Positions 17,091 to 17,910 of a stretch of 17,910 nucleotides of DNA are shown here, in pieces. The stretch's first letter is position 1; the number at the start of each line of letters is the position of its first letter. Where the stretch lies: positions 1 to 17,910 of the forward strand of contig JBBIMI010000016.1 in NCBI GenBank assembly GCA_037444485.1. The letters run 5' to 3'. The DNA is from Candidatus Micrarchaeota archaeon (GTDB lineage: Archaea > Micrarchaeota > Micrarchaeia > Norongarragalinales > Norongarragalinaceae). A program made the translations under genes and the position numbers. The notes beneath the pieces are model-generated. The model was not told the DNA's origin. It worked only from the letters and a program-made list of their open reading frames with translations, and made no database searches.

Positions 17091-17825
17091 ATGACCGCGT
17101 CCAAGTTCTCCAACTTCGCCGAGTTCTCAGGGTTCTCGGAGTTCTCCGAGTTCGACTTGCACGTTCACTCGTTTTACTCGTTCGACTCGCCCACGCGACC
17201 TGAAGACGCCGTAAAACAAGCCGCGCGTTTAGGCTTGCGCGGGTTAAGCGTGAACGACCACGACTCGCTGCGCGGTGGACTTGAAGCCGAGCGTTTCGCG
17301 AAAAAAAACAAGCTTGAACTCGTAGTCGTTTCAGGCGAGGAAGTCAAGACGACTGCTGGCGACGTGCTTGGCTTGTTCTTAAACGAGGAAATCCGCGAAA
17401 CCCACGCTCGCGACGCTTTCGAAGCAATTGATTTGATTCACGCGCAAGGCGGGCTTGCAGTGCTTCCGCACCCGTACCGCGCTCACAACCCCGCGTTAAT
17501 CAAGGAAATCGCGCGGCGAGTTGACGTGATTGAAACCGCGAATTCGCGCACTTACTTTAACGGCAACGCGCGGGCGCGCGCGTTAACGCAAAAACTTCGT
17601 AAGCCGGAGTGTGGTGGAAGCGACGCGCACTTGCTTTGCGAAATAGGTTTGGCGCGCACCGTATTCAGCGAGAACGTTGAAGGTGGAGAGGAATTACGGA
17701 GAGCGTTGAAGAAAGGTTTAGGCGAAGCGCGAGTGTTCGGCGTTAATCGTTTAGCGCGGTTAGCGACAGGGCTTTACGCGAAGTTGAAGAAAACTAGAAA
17801 TTTTTTTTGGAACCAGAACCTTTAA
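17091..17825 (+). CDS. Stand-alone PHP-domain metal-dependent phosphoesterase (TrpH/YciV-like)
   Basis: DLHVHS...DS, NDHD, GEEV, PHPYR, GGSDAH motifs. Confidence 0.92.
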   Translation: MTASKFSNFAEFSGFSEFSEFDLHVHSFYSFDSPTRPEDAVKQAARLGLRGLSVNDHDSLRGGLEAERFAKKNKLELVVVSGEEVKTTAGDVLGLFLNEEIRETHARDAFEAIDLIHAQGGLAVLPHPYRAHNPALIKEIARRVDVIETANSRTYFNGNARARALTQKLRKPECGGSDAHLLCEIGLARTVFSENVEGGEELRRALKKGLGEARVFGVNRLARLATGLYAKLKKTRNFFWNQNL

Positions 17826-17853
17826 ATAACCGTGGCCTGAAGGCGTAGGATTT

Positions 17854-17910
17854 CTAGTATGCTGCCAGCTTGCGCTGGCGGGCGTCGTTATCCTCGCGCA
17901 CGTAACGCGC
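17854..17910 (-). CDS. 3' end of a gene entering from outside the window; ends in a PIP-box-like motif
   Basis: Minus-strand frame reads ARYVREDNDARQRKLAAY* with coding-like GC content; only 18 residues are visible. Confidence 0.5.
   Translation of the reverse strand, partial: ARYVREDNDARQRKLAAY

Noticed and set aside
1..17910. tRNA, rRNA, transposase, integrase or reverse transcriptase genes
   Set aside because: No such motifs were recognised on either strand by eye.

Overview
Archaeal genomic window (probably DPANN, Micrarchaeota-like; this is an inference from gene types, BRE/TATA promoters and GGAGG/GAGGTGA ribosome-binding sites). Left to right: a 5'-truncated S-layer protein, a membrane-anchored parallel beta-helix (NosD-like) surface protein, a lipoprotein, an unannotated 59-aa ribbon-helix-helix gene (minus strand) divergent from two tandem FtsZ2-type genes, a class II (B12-dependent) ribonucleotide reductase with ATP cone, a cupredoxin lipoprotein, PolX-PHP, an unannotated box C/D guide sRNA, a CDP-alcohol phosphatidyltransferase, a stand-alone PHP protein, and the 3' end of a minus-strand gene. 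The most notable observations are: (i) the RHH / ftsZ / 39-bp palindromic repeat x4 / ftsZ cell-division module, whose two divergent ftsZ paralogs share identical nucleotide tracts of 101, 35 and 27 bp; (ii) the box C/D sRNA, whose D guide fits 23S G2251 by the D+5 rule and is also a perfect 10-nt complement to both ftsZ mRNAs; (iii) very long strand-polarised A-rich and pyrimidine tracts and pervasive short duplications in the intergenic DNA. All calls were made by eye; no database searches were run.
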